A stretch of DNA of 63,410 nt from Rhodospirillaceae bacterium. Its GTDB lineage: Bacteria > Pseudomonadota > Alphaproteobacteria > UBA6615. Made by a program: the position numbers and the translations under genes. The stretch covers positions 1 to 63,410 of the forward strand of contig JAYPRP010000006.1 of the NCBI GenBank assembly GCA_038132575.1, written 5' to 3'. This document shows, piece after piece, positions 50,788 through 59,408 of this stretch. How positions within the stretch are numbered: the stretch's first letter is position 1; every line of letters begins with the position of its first letter. The notes beneath the pieces are model-generated. The model saw nothing but the letters and a program-made list of their open reading frames with translations, had not been told where the DNA came from and did no database searches.

Positions 50788-51780
50788 ATGAATGGACTAA
50801 TTTCCGTATCCCTGAAGGCCTCGGCGCTGGCCGCGGCGATGGCGTTCGCGATCGGCGGCGGCGCTCCGGACGCCCATGCGGACTGCGGCGAGGTATCGAT
50901 CACCGAGATGAACTGGGCGTCCGCGTCGGTCGTGACCAATGTGGCTAAGTTCGTCATGGAACAGGGCTATGGCTGCAAGGTGACCGTCGTCCCGTCCGAC
51001 ACCGTCCCGGCCGCAACGTCCCTGGCCGAGAATGGCGAGCCGGACATCGCCACCGAGATGTGGATCAACTCCGCCCCGGTCTACCAGAAGCTGGAAGCCG
51101 AGGGGAAAGTGAAGACGATCGCCAATGTGCTGTCCGACGGCGGCGCGGAGCACTGGCTCATCCCGAAATATCTCGCGGACAAGCATCCCGAGCTGAAGAC
51201 CATCGAGGGCGTGCTGGCGAACCCGGAACTGGTCAGTGGCCGGTTCCACAATTGCCCGGAGGGCTGGGGTTGCCGGATCGTCAACGACAGCCTGAAGCAG
51301 GCCTTCGACCTGGAAGGGAATGGCATCGAGGTCTTCGATCACGGCTCGGGCGAAACCCTGGCCGGCTCGATCGCTGCGGCCTATGCCGACGAGAAACCTT
51401 GGTTCGGCTACTACTGGGCGCCCACGGCGCTGCTCGGCAAGTACGAGATGGTCCCGGTCGATCTCGGCCCGTACAACGACGAGATTCACCAGTGCAACCG
51501 CAACACGGAATGCAACCGGGTCGGCAAGTCTCCCTACCCGTCCGCGCGGGTTGTGACCGGCGTGACCACCACATTCGCCGACCGCGAGCCCGAGGTCGTC
51601 GAGATGCTTTCGAAGCTGAGCTTCACCAATCAGCAGATGGGTGCGGTCCTAGCCTGGAAGGAAGACAACAACGCATCCTCCGAAGAGGCGGCGGTGCACT
51701 TCCTGACCACCTACAACGACGTGTGGGGCGGCTGGCTGAACGCCGACGCCAAGTCGAAGCTGGCGCGGCTGCTCAAGTAG
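50788..51780 (+). CDS. ABC transporter substrate-binding protein, glycine betaine/TMAO (ProX/TmoX) family
   Basis: Signal peptide, EMNW, GYGC, TEMW, CPEGWGC, WFGYYWAP. Confidence 0.88.
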   Translation: MNGLISVSLKASALAAAMAFAIGGGAPDAHADCGEVSITEMNWASASVVTNVAKFVMEQGYGCKVTVVPSDTVPAATSLAENGEPDIATEMWINSAPVYQKLEAEGKVKTIANVLSDGGAEHWLIPKYLADKHPELKTIEGVLANPELVSGRFHNCPEGWGCRIVNDSLKQAFDLEGNGIEVFDHGSGETLAGSIAAAYADEKPWFGYYWAPTALLGKYEMVPVDLGPYNDEIHQCNRNTECNRVGKSPYPSARVVTGVTTTFADREPEVVEMLSKLSFTNQQMGAVLAWKEDNNASSEEAAVHFLTTYNDVWGGWLNADAKSKLARLLK

Positions 51781-51806
51781 CACCGGCACGAACCCAACGC
51801 TCATCT

Positions 51807-51834
51807 GCGGCCGGAAACATCTGTTTCCGGCCGC
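51807..51834 (+). other. intercistronic hairpin after the substrate-binding gene
   Basis: GCGGCCGGAAACA-TC-TGTTTCCGGCCGC, a 13-bp perfect stem. Likely mRNA-stabilising or attenuating. Confidence 0.65.
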
Positions 51835-51873
51835 GCGTTTTAGCCCGGGCAAACAACCTGACGGACGCACAGC

Positions 51874-52914
51874 ATGGGGACCTATGAGCCGATCTTCTCC
51901 GCCATCGGACTGCGGCCCTGGTGCGAGAGCGGCGAGCAATCAGGCGGCGGCCCCCTCTCCATGGCAGACCTGCTGGCGCAGAATGCCGGAACGGACGCGC
52001 CGGCGCCGTCGATCTGGGAAATGCCCTTCCCGTCGATGGACGAACTCCACGAGGCCTGCGCCGCCTTTCCCCAGTCGCGGGCGCTGACCAAGGGCCTCGA
52101 GGACGGATTCCTTGGGATCAAGGACGGGCTGAGCCTGGTCCTCGACCCGATCACCCAACCGCTGAGCTGGTTCCTCGAAGGCGCGCTGTGGCTATTCGAG
52201 ACCACGCCCTGGTGGATCATGATCCCGGCCCTGCTGGCGGTGGTCCTGGTCGTCAGCCGGTCGCGGAAACTCACTATCTTCGTCGGCCTGTGCCTGCTGA
52301 CCTTCGCCTTCATCGACTATTACAGCTTCGCGGCCCAGACGCTGGCGGTGATCTTCGTGTGCGCGATCCTGTGCGTGGTCCTGGGTGTGCCCATCGGCAT
52401 CGCCATGGCGCGCAGCGATCGACTGCAGCGGGCGATCATCCCGATCCTCGACATGCTGCAGACCCTGCCCGCCTTCGTCTATCTGATCCCGCTGATCTTC
52501 CTGTTTTCGGTCACCGAGCCCAAGCTCTACGGCATCGCGATCATCCTCTACGCGATCGTGCCGGTGATCCGGCTGACCGATCTCGGTATCCGGCTGGTCG
52601 ACCCCGACGTCATCGAGGCGGCGGACGCCTTCGGCATGACCGACCGGCAGAAGCTCATGAAGATCCAGATCCCGCTCGCCCTGCCCAACATCATGGCTGG
52701 CGTAAACCAGACCATCATGATGAGCCTGTCCATGGTCGTGATCGCCTCGCTGGTCTCCGCGCCCGGCCTCGGCGTTCTGGTGCTGCGCGGCATCCGCAAC
52801 CTCGAGCTCGGCGTCGGCCTCGTCTCGGGATTCGGGATCGTGGTGCTAGCCGTGATCCTCGACCGAACCACCAAGCTCGCACTCGCGCGCATCAACGCAG
52901 GCCAGGACCGATGA
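51874..52914 (+). CDS. ABC transporter permease, ProW family
   Basis: LDMLQTLPAFVYLIP, EAA loop (IEAADAFG), MAGVNQTIMM. Confidence 0.92.
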   Translation: MGTYEPIFSAIGLRPWCESGEQSGGGPLSMADLLAQNAGTDAPAPSIWEMPFPSMDELHEACAAFPQSRALTKGLEDGFLGIKDGLSLVLDPITQPLSWFLEGALWLFETTPWWIMIPALLAVVLVVSRSRKLTIFVGLCLLTFAFIDYYSFAAQTLAVIFVCAILCVVLGVPIGIAMARSDRLQRAIIPILDMLQTLPAFVYLIPLIFLFSVTEPKLYGIAIILYAIVPVIRLTDLGIRLVDPDVIEAADAFGMTDRQKLMKIQIPLALPNIMAGVNQTIMMSLSMVVIASLVSAPGLGVLVLRGIRNLELGVGLVSGFGIVVLAVILDRTTKLALARINAGQDR

Positions 52915-53969
52915 GCGAGACCAAAATCGCGATCCGCGACCTCTACAAGGTCTTCGGACCCGACCCGATGACCGCCCTGAAGGTCGTGCGCGAGGACGGA
53001 CTCGGCAAGCCTGAACTGCTGGAACGCCATGGCCATGTGCTCGGCCTCGAGAACATCAACGTGGATGCGAAGGCCGGCGAGATCACGGTCATCATGGGGC
53101 TTTCGGGCTCGGGCAAGTCCACGCTGATCCGGCATGTGAACCGTCTGATCGACCCGACCGCCGGCGAGATCGTCCTCGACGGACGCGACATCCTGGGGTG
53201 CACGCCCGAGGAGCTTCGCCGGATTCGCCGCGAGCAAATGTCGATGGTGTTCCAGAAATTCGCGCTGTTGCCCCACAAGACCGTGGCCGAGAACGCGGCG
53301 CTGGCGTTGGAGGTCCGGGGCATATCGCGCGAGGAATACATCCCCGAGGCCGAGAAGTGGCTCGACCGTGTGGGGCTGCAGGGCTATGGCGAAAGCTATC
53401 CGCACCAGCTTTCCGGCGGCATGCAGCAGCGCGTCGGCATCGCGCGTGCGCTGACATCCAATGCCGACGTCATGCTGATGGACGAAGCCTACTCGGCCCT
53501 GGACCCGCTGATCCGTACGGACATGCAGGACCTGCTGCTGGAGTTGCAGCAAGAGCTGCAGAAGACGATCCTGTTCATCACCCATGATCTCGACGAGGCG
53601 CTGAAGCTCGCAGATCACCTGGTGATCCTCAAGGACGGCCGTATCGTCCAACAGGACGAGCCCCAGACCATCCTGCTCGAACCGAGTGATCCCTACATCG
53701 TCGATTTCGTGAGTGACATCAACCGCGCCCGGGTGCTGCGCGTGCGCACGGTGATGGACAAGACCACCGCGACGGACGGCGTGAATATCGCCGGCGAGAT
53801 CGACCAGGAAGAAAACCTCGAGACCGTCATCGCGATGGCCGAGGGCGACACCCGCAAGACCTACCTAGTGAAGGATGGCGAGCGAAAGGTCGGGATACTG
53901 CGCATGGACACGCTGGTGAAATCGCTGGTGCCGACTGAGGCCGCCGACGACGGGATCCGGGCGCGCTGA
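52911..53969 (+). CDS. ABC transporter ATP-binding protein, ProV family
   Basis: GLSGSGKST, LSGGMQQRVG, LMDEA, FITHD. Confidence 0.94.
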   Translation: MSETKIAIRDLYKVFGPDPMTALKVVREDGLGKPELLERHGHVLGLENINVDAKAGEITVIMGLSGSGKSTLIRHVNRLIDPTAGEIVLDGRDILGCTPEELRRIRREQMSMVFQKFALLPHKTVAENAALALEVRGISREEYIPEAEKWLDRVGLQGYGESYPHQLSGGMQQRVGIARALTSNADVMLMDEAYSALDPLIRTDMQDLLLELQQELQKTILFITHDLDEALKLADHLVILKDGRIVQQDEPQTILLEPSDPYIVDFVSDINRARVLRVRTVMDKTTATDGVNIAGEIDQEENLETVIAMAEGDTRKTYLVKDGERKVGILRMDTLVKSLVPTEAADDGIRAR

Positions 53970-54059
53970 CGGCGAGGCCCCGGCGGACAACGTGCCGAAA
54001 GATGGAATTTTCCCGCCGCTTGCGTGTTTGCAAATGACAGGCAAGCGAAAGGTTCCCCG

Positions 54060-55435
54060 ATGGCATCGGTTCTCAAACTCCCACCATGTCTTCTTCTGAC
54101 CGCCTCGCTGTTCGCGCTGCTCTTGGCGGTCCCGTCACAGGCTTAGGAGAACCGCCCCATGCCCGCCTACGTGATCGAGGAGTTCGGAACGCCGCCCGCG
54201 ATCCCGTCCGGAGCGCTGTCCGACACGCTCCTCGCGGCGATGGAGGTCGCATTTGTCGACAGCATGGAGACGGCGAGCTTGCAGGAAGCCCAGAAAGTTG
54301 CTCTACGCGAAATCGTCGCCGCCGGAGATCCGCGGATCGCTTGGCTTATCGCCAACCTGATGCGGTTCGCGCCCAGCCAGTGGCTGAACGCCGAACTCGC
54401 AAACGCCGCGGCCGCCCTCCTGGAAATCAATGCCCCGACCCAGAACCACTGGGCGTCATCACCGACCAGCTCATCGCCTGGGATGTCCCGGCGCCGCCGG
54501 ATTACCTGACCTTCAAGCGCGCAATCTTCCCCTCCCTCATATCCGGCTGGGAGCAGATATTCATCGAGGGCGACATCGACTGGCGGCTCGTGTCCTGGGG
54601 CGGTGTCCTGATCGACGACCGCGCGTTCGAAGAAGCGCTCAGGTCGTGCAACTGCATTCCCGCCGCGGACAATCCCGAGACGAGCAGCGCGGACAAGGCC
54701 GAATGGCTGAAGGACGACGACATCGTCTTCGGCGTCGTGGTCAATGACGAAGCGCGCGCCTATCCGCGCCGGATCATAGAGGTGCGCAAGATGGTCAACG
54801 ACACGCTGGGCGGGCGTGACCTGGGTATCCCCTACTGCACCCTGTGCGGCTCGGCCCAGGCCTTTTTCACCGACCGGATGCCTCGGCGTCAAGCGCCCGG
54901 TCCTGCGCACGTCCGGGTTGCTCATCCGCTCCAACAAGGTGATGTATGACCTGAACACCCACGCGATCTTCGACACGTTTCTCGGCAAAGCGTGACGGGG
55001 CCGCTGGCCGAAAAGGGCGTGAAGCTGGAACAGCCGAGCGTCATCACCACCGACTGGGGCACCTGGAAGAAACGGCATCCGGCAACGACCGTTCTGGTCG
55101 AGGCGTTGGCGCTGGGCCGCGATCCAGGCTTCCGGAACGGCCGCGACGCCAACGGCCCGATCTTCCCCATCGGCAACGTGGACCCGCGCCTGCCCGTCCA
55201 CGAAGACGCCATCGGGGTCGTCACAACATCCGGCACGCCAATCGCGTTCCAGCGCAGCAGGGCGCTTGTCGCGCTGAATCGCGGCGAGAAGATAGCATTC
55301 TAAAATATCCGCCGGGAACTCCCGGCGGGCGGGCTCAAGGCCGTCGATGCCGACGGCTCCGACATCGGCGGCCACGAGGCCTTCTGGTTCGCTTGGTCCC
55401 AGTTCCACCCCGAGACCGAACTCTGGGACGGATAG
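54060..55435 (+). pseudogene. DUF3179 family secreted protein with multiple lesions
   Basis: Signal peptide then TAG at 54144, frameshifts near 54451, 54883 and 54991, TAA at 55301. Motifs CNCIPA, ARAYP, YCTLCGS, TSGLL, FWFAW. Confidence 0.85.
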
Positions 55436-55539
55436 ACGAGACAAGAGCGCTGTTGTAACGGCTTCCGCTCTTGCACTAGGTTTTCCCGCACATAATCGCC
55501 GTGAGGAGTAGAGTCATTTCTGACCGCAATTTCGGACGC

Positions 55540-55977
55540 ATGACCAAGGCAGAGGTCGTCGCTGCCCAGCGCGCCTGGGCGAGATGCGTCACCGAGCAGG
55601 ACATCGACGGCCTGCTCGATCTCTATGATTTCGACGCGCCGGACGAACCGGTCCTCTTCAAGCCGACCCTGGCGGACATCATCCGGCTGGATCGCGCAGG
55701 CGCACGCTCATACTTCGTGGGCGGAGATCCCGACTACCCCAACGATGATGGATTCTTAAAGCGCGGCTGGAAGCAGGTGGAGTTCCAGAGTGCGGCCGGG
55801 CCGATCCTCGAGGCCGGCGGCCTCGGCTACAAGGATATGGGGCACTACTCCTTCACCGACGGGGACGGCAACGCAACCAGCGCGGACTACACCTTCGCCT
55901 ACCACAAGCTCGACGGGCGGGTGCTCATCTCGCTGCACCATTCCTCGCTGACCTGGCTGCCGCCGCTCGAGGACTGA
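55540..55977 (+). CDS. iota-class carbonic anhydrase-like protein (COG4337, NTF2/SnoaL fold)
   Basis: AQRAW, VLFKPTLA, SYFVGG, DDGF, MGHYSF, YTFAY and C-terminal HHSS. Start uncertain (55501, 55516 or 55540). Confidence 0.8.
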   Translation: MTKAEVVAAQRAWARCVTEQDIDGLLDLYDFDAPDEPVLFKPTLADIIRLDRAGARSYFVGGDPDYPNDDGFLKRGWKQVEFQSAAGPILEAGGLGYKDMGHYSFTDGDGNATSADYTFAYHKLDGRVLISLHHSSLTWLPPLED

Positions 55978-55988
55978 GCCCGTTCGGC

Positions 55989-56023
55989 AAAAGAAAACGG
56001 CGCCCTCGGTTTCGGGGGCGCCG
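55989..56023 (-). terminator. rho-independent terminator after rpsI
   Basis: Stem CGGCGCCCTCG-GTTT-CGGGGGCGCCG with an A-tract on its left, giving a U-tract on the minus strand. Confidence 0.8.
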
Positions 56024-56049
56024 CTCTCGCGAAACTCTGAAAACAGCGC

Positions 56050-56550
56050 CTAGCGCTTCGAGAACTGGAAACTACGGCGGGCCTTGGCGCGACCGTACTT
56101 CTTACGCTCAACCACGCGGCTGTCGCGGGTCAGCATTCCGACCTTCTTGAGGATCGAGCGCAGCTCAGGCTCGCGCAGGGCGAGCGCCTTGGAGATGCCG
56201 TGGCGCACCGCACCGGCCTGGCCTGAGAGCCCGCCGCCGGTGACCGTGCACACGATGTCGTACTGGCCGAGCCGGTCGGTGACCTGAAACGGCTGGGACA
56301 GGACCATACGGAGAACGGGGCGCGCGAAGTAAACCTCGCCCGTACGGCCGTTGACGGTGAGCTGGCCGTTGCCCGGCTTGATCCAGACGCGGGCGACCGC
56401 GTCCTTGCGCTTTCCGGTCGCGTAGGTGCGGCCATGCTCGTCGATCTTCGGCTCGGCCTGCACCGGTGCCGCGACCTCGGCGAGTGCCGCGGCAGCGGCG
56501 GCGATGGTGCCCTCGGCGGGCGCGTCAGTGGTCTGGGTCTCGTCGGTCAT
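56050..56550 (-). CDS. rpsI: 30S ribosomal protein S9
   Basis: [32 protein letters not shown]. Confidence 0.99.
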   Translation of the reverse strand: MTDETQTTDAPAEGTIAAAAAALAEVAAPVQAEPKIDEHGRTYATGKRKDAVARVWIKPGNGQLTVNGRTGEVYFARPVLRMVLSQPFQVTDRLGQYDIVCTVTGGGLSGQAGAVRHGISKALALREPELRSILKKVGMLTRDSRVVERKKYGRAKARRSFQFSKR

Positions 56551-57029
56551 GCCGCGCCACCCCTTTTGTTCTTAGCGTTCATGGAAGCGAGGTCGAGCAC
56601 CTGGGGCTGCTGCGCCTCGTGGGGATGTTCGGCACCGGCATAGACCTTGAGCTTGCGATACTGCTCGCGGCCCATCTTGGTCTTCGGCAGCATGCGCTCG
56701 ACGGCCTTGCGGACGACGACGTCGGACCGCTCGCTGTCGAGATACTTGTCCGCCGTGCGGGACTTGATGCCGCCCGGATAGCCCGTGTGCCAGTAGTAGG
56801 TCTTGTCGTCACGCTTGTTACCGGTTAGGCGCACCTTGTCGGCATTGATCACGACGACATGGTCGCCGCAATCGATGTTCGGCGTGTACATCGGCTTGTG
56901 CTTGCCGCGCAGCCGATTCGCGATGATCGCCGCCATGCGGCCGAGCACGACGCCTTCGGCGTCGATGATCCACCACTTGGCTTCAACCTCGCTGGGTTTC
57001 GCGGAATATGTCTTCATGGCGTTAGCCAC
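56547..57029 (-). CDS. rplM: 50S ribosomal protein L13
   Basis: [37 protein letters not shown]. Start GTG 57029 or ATG 57017. Confidence 0.99.
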   Translation of the reverse strand: MANAMKTYSAKPSEVEAKWWIIDAEGVVLGRMAAIIANRLRGKHKPMYTPNIDCGDHVVVINADKVRLTGNKRDDKTYYWHTGYPGGIKSRTADKYLDSERSDVVVRKAVERMLPKTKMGREQYRKLKVYAGAEHPHEAQQPQVLDLASMNAKNKRGGAA

Positions 57030-57127
57030 CTTCTCCTGATATCTCTGTCGCGCTCGTCTCGGCCGTCCGCCGCCCCCGAATGCGAGGCCGCCACCGGAAC
57101 CGGCACGGTTCGGGCAGCGGCGGCAGG

Positions 57128-57156
57128 GTTGTATGGCACCGAAATTGAGATGTCAA
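57128..57156 (-). promoter_or_regulatory. sigma70 promoter of rplM-rpsI
   Basis: TTGACA-N17-TACAAC with an AT-rich UP-like tract upstream. Confidence 0.75.
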
Positions 57157-57191
57157 AATAAATTTATCGTTTTTCTGCAGAGGCTTACAAG

Positions 57192-57211
57192 AACGGTATT
57201 CTAATACCGTT
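57192..57211. promoter_or_regulatory. perfect palindrome, candidate operator
   Basis: AACGGTATT-CT-AATACCGTT, 35 bp upstream of the rplM -35 box. Confidence 0.55.
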
Positions 57212-57236
57212 ATTGAGTTATACTCCTCTTTCTCTT

Positions 57237-57346
57237 CGTCATTCCGGCTGCAGGCGCGCCAGCGCCGGAAGGCCGGAATCTATTACCGCCCGGACAAAAC
57301 AGGGCGCCGCCTGGGTCAATAGATGCCCGCCTGCGCGGGCATGACG
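57237..57346. repeat. CGTC-tagged REP-like composite palindrome
   Basis: CGTCATTCCGGC...GCCGGAATCTATT ... AATAGATGCCCGCCTGCGCGGGCATGACG. Confidence 0.8.
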
Positions 57347-57442
57347 AAAATTGATGGATGGGCAGCCCGAAAATCGACCGCTAGAATTGCCATCTCGGCC
57401 GATCCGGCCCATGTTCGGCACTTCACAGACGACGGACGCGCC

Positions 57443-58285
57443 ATGAGCAACACCGACATACTCGAGATAACCGCCGCTGACGCAGGGCCCTTCGTACTGC
57501 GTGCCGACAATGACGGCGCGGACGGCGTGACCAGCCTCAGCCTGAACCGGCCGGACGAGCTGAACGCCCTGTCGGAGGGCATGCTCGCCGCGCTGCAAAC
57601 GGAACTCGACGATATTGCAGGTGACCGCTCGGTCCGCGTGGTAGTGCTACAAGGCACCGGCCGCGCCTTCTGCGCCGGGCACAACCTCAAGCAGATGCGC
57701 GCGAACTACAGCCTCACGTACCAGCAGGAACTCTTCGCGACCTGTTCCAAGATGATGCAGTCGGTCCTGCGCCTGCCCCAACCCGTGATCGCCAAGGTGC
57801 GCGGGCTTGCCACCGCCGCCGGCTGCCAGCTTGTCGCCACCTGCGACCTCGCAGTCGCGGCGGACAACGCGCGCCTCGCCACGTCCGGCATCAATGTCGG
57901 GCTCTTCTGCTCGACCCCCGGGGTCGCCGTGGGCCGGGCCGTCGCGCGCAAGCACGCCATGGACTTGCTGCTCACCGGAGACTTCCTCGAGGCCCCCCGG
58001 GCGGCTGAGATCGGCCTCGTCAACCAGGCCGTGCCCGAGGCGCTGCTCGACGAGACGGTTGGCGAACTCGCCGCCAAGCTCGCGCGCAAGAGCGCGCACG
58101 CCCTCGCGCTAGGCAAGCAGGCTTTTTACCGCCAGCTCGAGATGGGTATCACGGATGCCTTCGCCTTCGCCGGCGCGGAGATGGCGCGGAACATGATGGA
58201 TCGGGACGCCGCGGAGGGCATCGACGCCTTCATCGAGAAGCGCGACCCGAAATGGGACCAGGGCCCGCGCCAGGAAGAAGATTGA
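57443..58285 (+). CDS. enoyl-CoA hydratase/isomerase
   Basis: LNRP...NAL, AFCAGHNL, ATAAGCQLVA.CDLA, GLFCSTP, EGIDAF.EKR. Confidence 0.94.
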   Translation: MSNTDILEITAADAGPFVLRADNDGADGVTSLSLNRPDELNALSEGMLAALQTELDDIAGDRSVRVVVLQGTGRAFCAGHNLKQMRANYSLTYQQELFATCSKMMQSVLRLPQPVIAKVRGLATAAGCQLVATCDLAVAADNARLATSGINVGLFCSTPGVAVGRAVARKHAMDLLLTGDFLEAPRAAEIGLVNQAVPEALLDETVGELAAKLARKSAHALALGKQAFYRQLEMGITDAFAFAGAEMARNMMDRDAAEGIDAFIEKRDPKWDQGPRQEED

Positions 58286-58304
58286 GGCGAGGATTGAGGC
58301 TTAA

Positions 58305-58751
58305 ATGGTTCTGGATTCCGAAAAGCAATTCACCTACGCCGACGACTTGCTGCGCGCCCTGTTCGACGAGGTGAAGACCATCGCGCTGGTCGGCGCGAGC
58401 CCGCGCGGCGAGACCCGGGCAAGCTGGCGGGTCATGCGGTTCCTCCAGAACGAGGGCTTCAAGGTGTATCCGGTGAACCCGGACGCGCTCGGACAGGAGA
58501 TCCACGGCGAGAAGGTCTATGCCTCGATCATGGACCTGCCCGAGAAGGTCGATATGGTCGATATCTTCCGCCTGCCCTGGAAGGTCTCGCCGATCGTCGA
58601 CGAGGCAATCAAGCTGGGCGTGCCCTACATCTGGATGCAGCTGAAGGTCGTCAACGAGATGGCCGCGGCCAAGGCCGAGGCGACAGGCGCGACCGTGATC
58701 ATGGACCGCTGCCCGGCCATCGAACTGCCCCGCCTGCGTGCGGCGGCCTAG
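58305..58751 (+). CDS. CoA-binding protein (YccU-like), copy 1
   Basis: IALVGAS, YPVNP, DMVDIFR, WMQL, IMDRC. Confidence 0.9.
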   Translation: MVLDSEKQFTYADDLLRALFDEVKTIALVGASPRGETRASWRVMRFLQNEGFKVYPVNPDALGQEIHGEKVYASIMDLPEKVDMVDIFRLPWKVSPIVDEAIKLGVPYIWMQLKVVNEMAAAKAEATGATVIMDRCPAIELPRLRAAA

Positions 58752-58778
58752 CCCCTCCCCCGCGACAGCGAGACGAGC

Positions 58779-59267
58779 ATGAGCGAGCTTTACTATCCCG
58801 ACTGGCAGATTCGCCGGGTCCTGCGCGACACGGACGTGATCGCCATGGTCGGCGCCAGCACCAACTGGAACCGCCCCAGCTACTTCGCGATGAAGTATCT
58901 GCAGGAGAAGGGCTACCGCGTGATCCCCGTGAACCCGCGCGCGGCCAGCGAGACGCTCCTGGGCGAAGAGGTCTATGCGAGCCTCAAGGACATCCCGATG
59001 CCGATTGACATGGTGGACATCTTCCAGCGCTCCGACCGAGTGCCGCCCATCGTCGATGAGGCGATCGAGGTGGGCGCCAAGGTGATCTGGATGCAGCTCA
59101 CCGTCCGCCACGACGAGGCCGCGAAGCGCGCCGAGGATGCGGGCCTGACGGTCATCATGGACCGTTGCCCGAAGATCGAGTTCGGCCGCCTCACCGGCGA
59201 GCTTGGCTGGAGCGGCATCAACACCAAGGTGATCACCTCGCGGCGGTCACGCCGTATCCGGGCTTGA
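58779..59267 (+). CDS. CoA-binding protein (YccU-like), copy 2
   Basis: IAMVGAS, RPSYF, PVNP, DMVDIF, WMQL, MDRCPKIE. Confidence 0.92.
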   Translation: MSELYYPDWQIRRVLRDTDVIAMVGASTNWNRPSYFAMKYLQEKGYRVIPVNPRAASETLLGEEVYASLKDIPMPIDMVDIFQRSDRVPPIVDEAIEVGAKVIWMQLTVRHDEAAKRAEDAGLTVIMDRCPKIEFGRLTGELGWSGINTKVITSRRSRRIRA

Positions 59268-59290
59268 TCACCGCCGAACACAGCATCATT

Positions 59291-59382
59291 CGTCATGCCT
59301 GCGCAGGCAGGTACCCATTCACGCCCGTACACGCCGGGGCAGTTGTCTGAGCCAGTGGGTCCCTGCCTCCGTAGGGACGACG
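59291..59382. repeat. CGTC-tagged REP-like composite palindrome
   Basis: CGTCATGCCTGCGCAGGCAGGTACCCA ... TGGGTCCCTGCCTCCGTAGGGACGACG. Confidence 0.8.
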
Positions 59383-59408
59383 ATAGAAGGCTCCGAAGGA
59401 ACCAAAGA

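Noticed and set aside
37789-55303. Stop-codon reassignment suggested by several in-frame TAG codons
   Set aside because: TAG terminates many intact genes here (clpP, glnA, phaC). The affected genes also have frameshifts or TAA/TGA stops, consistent with decay.
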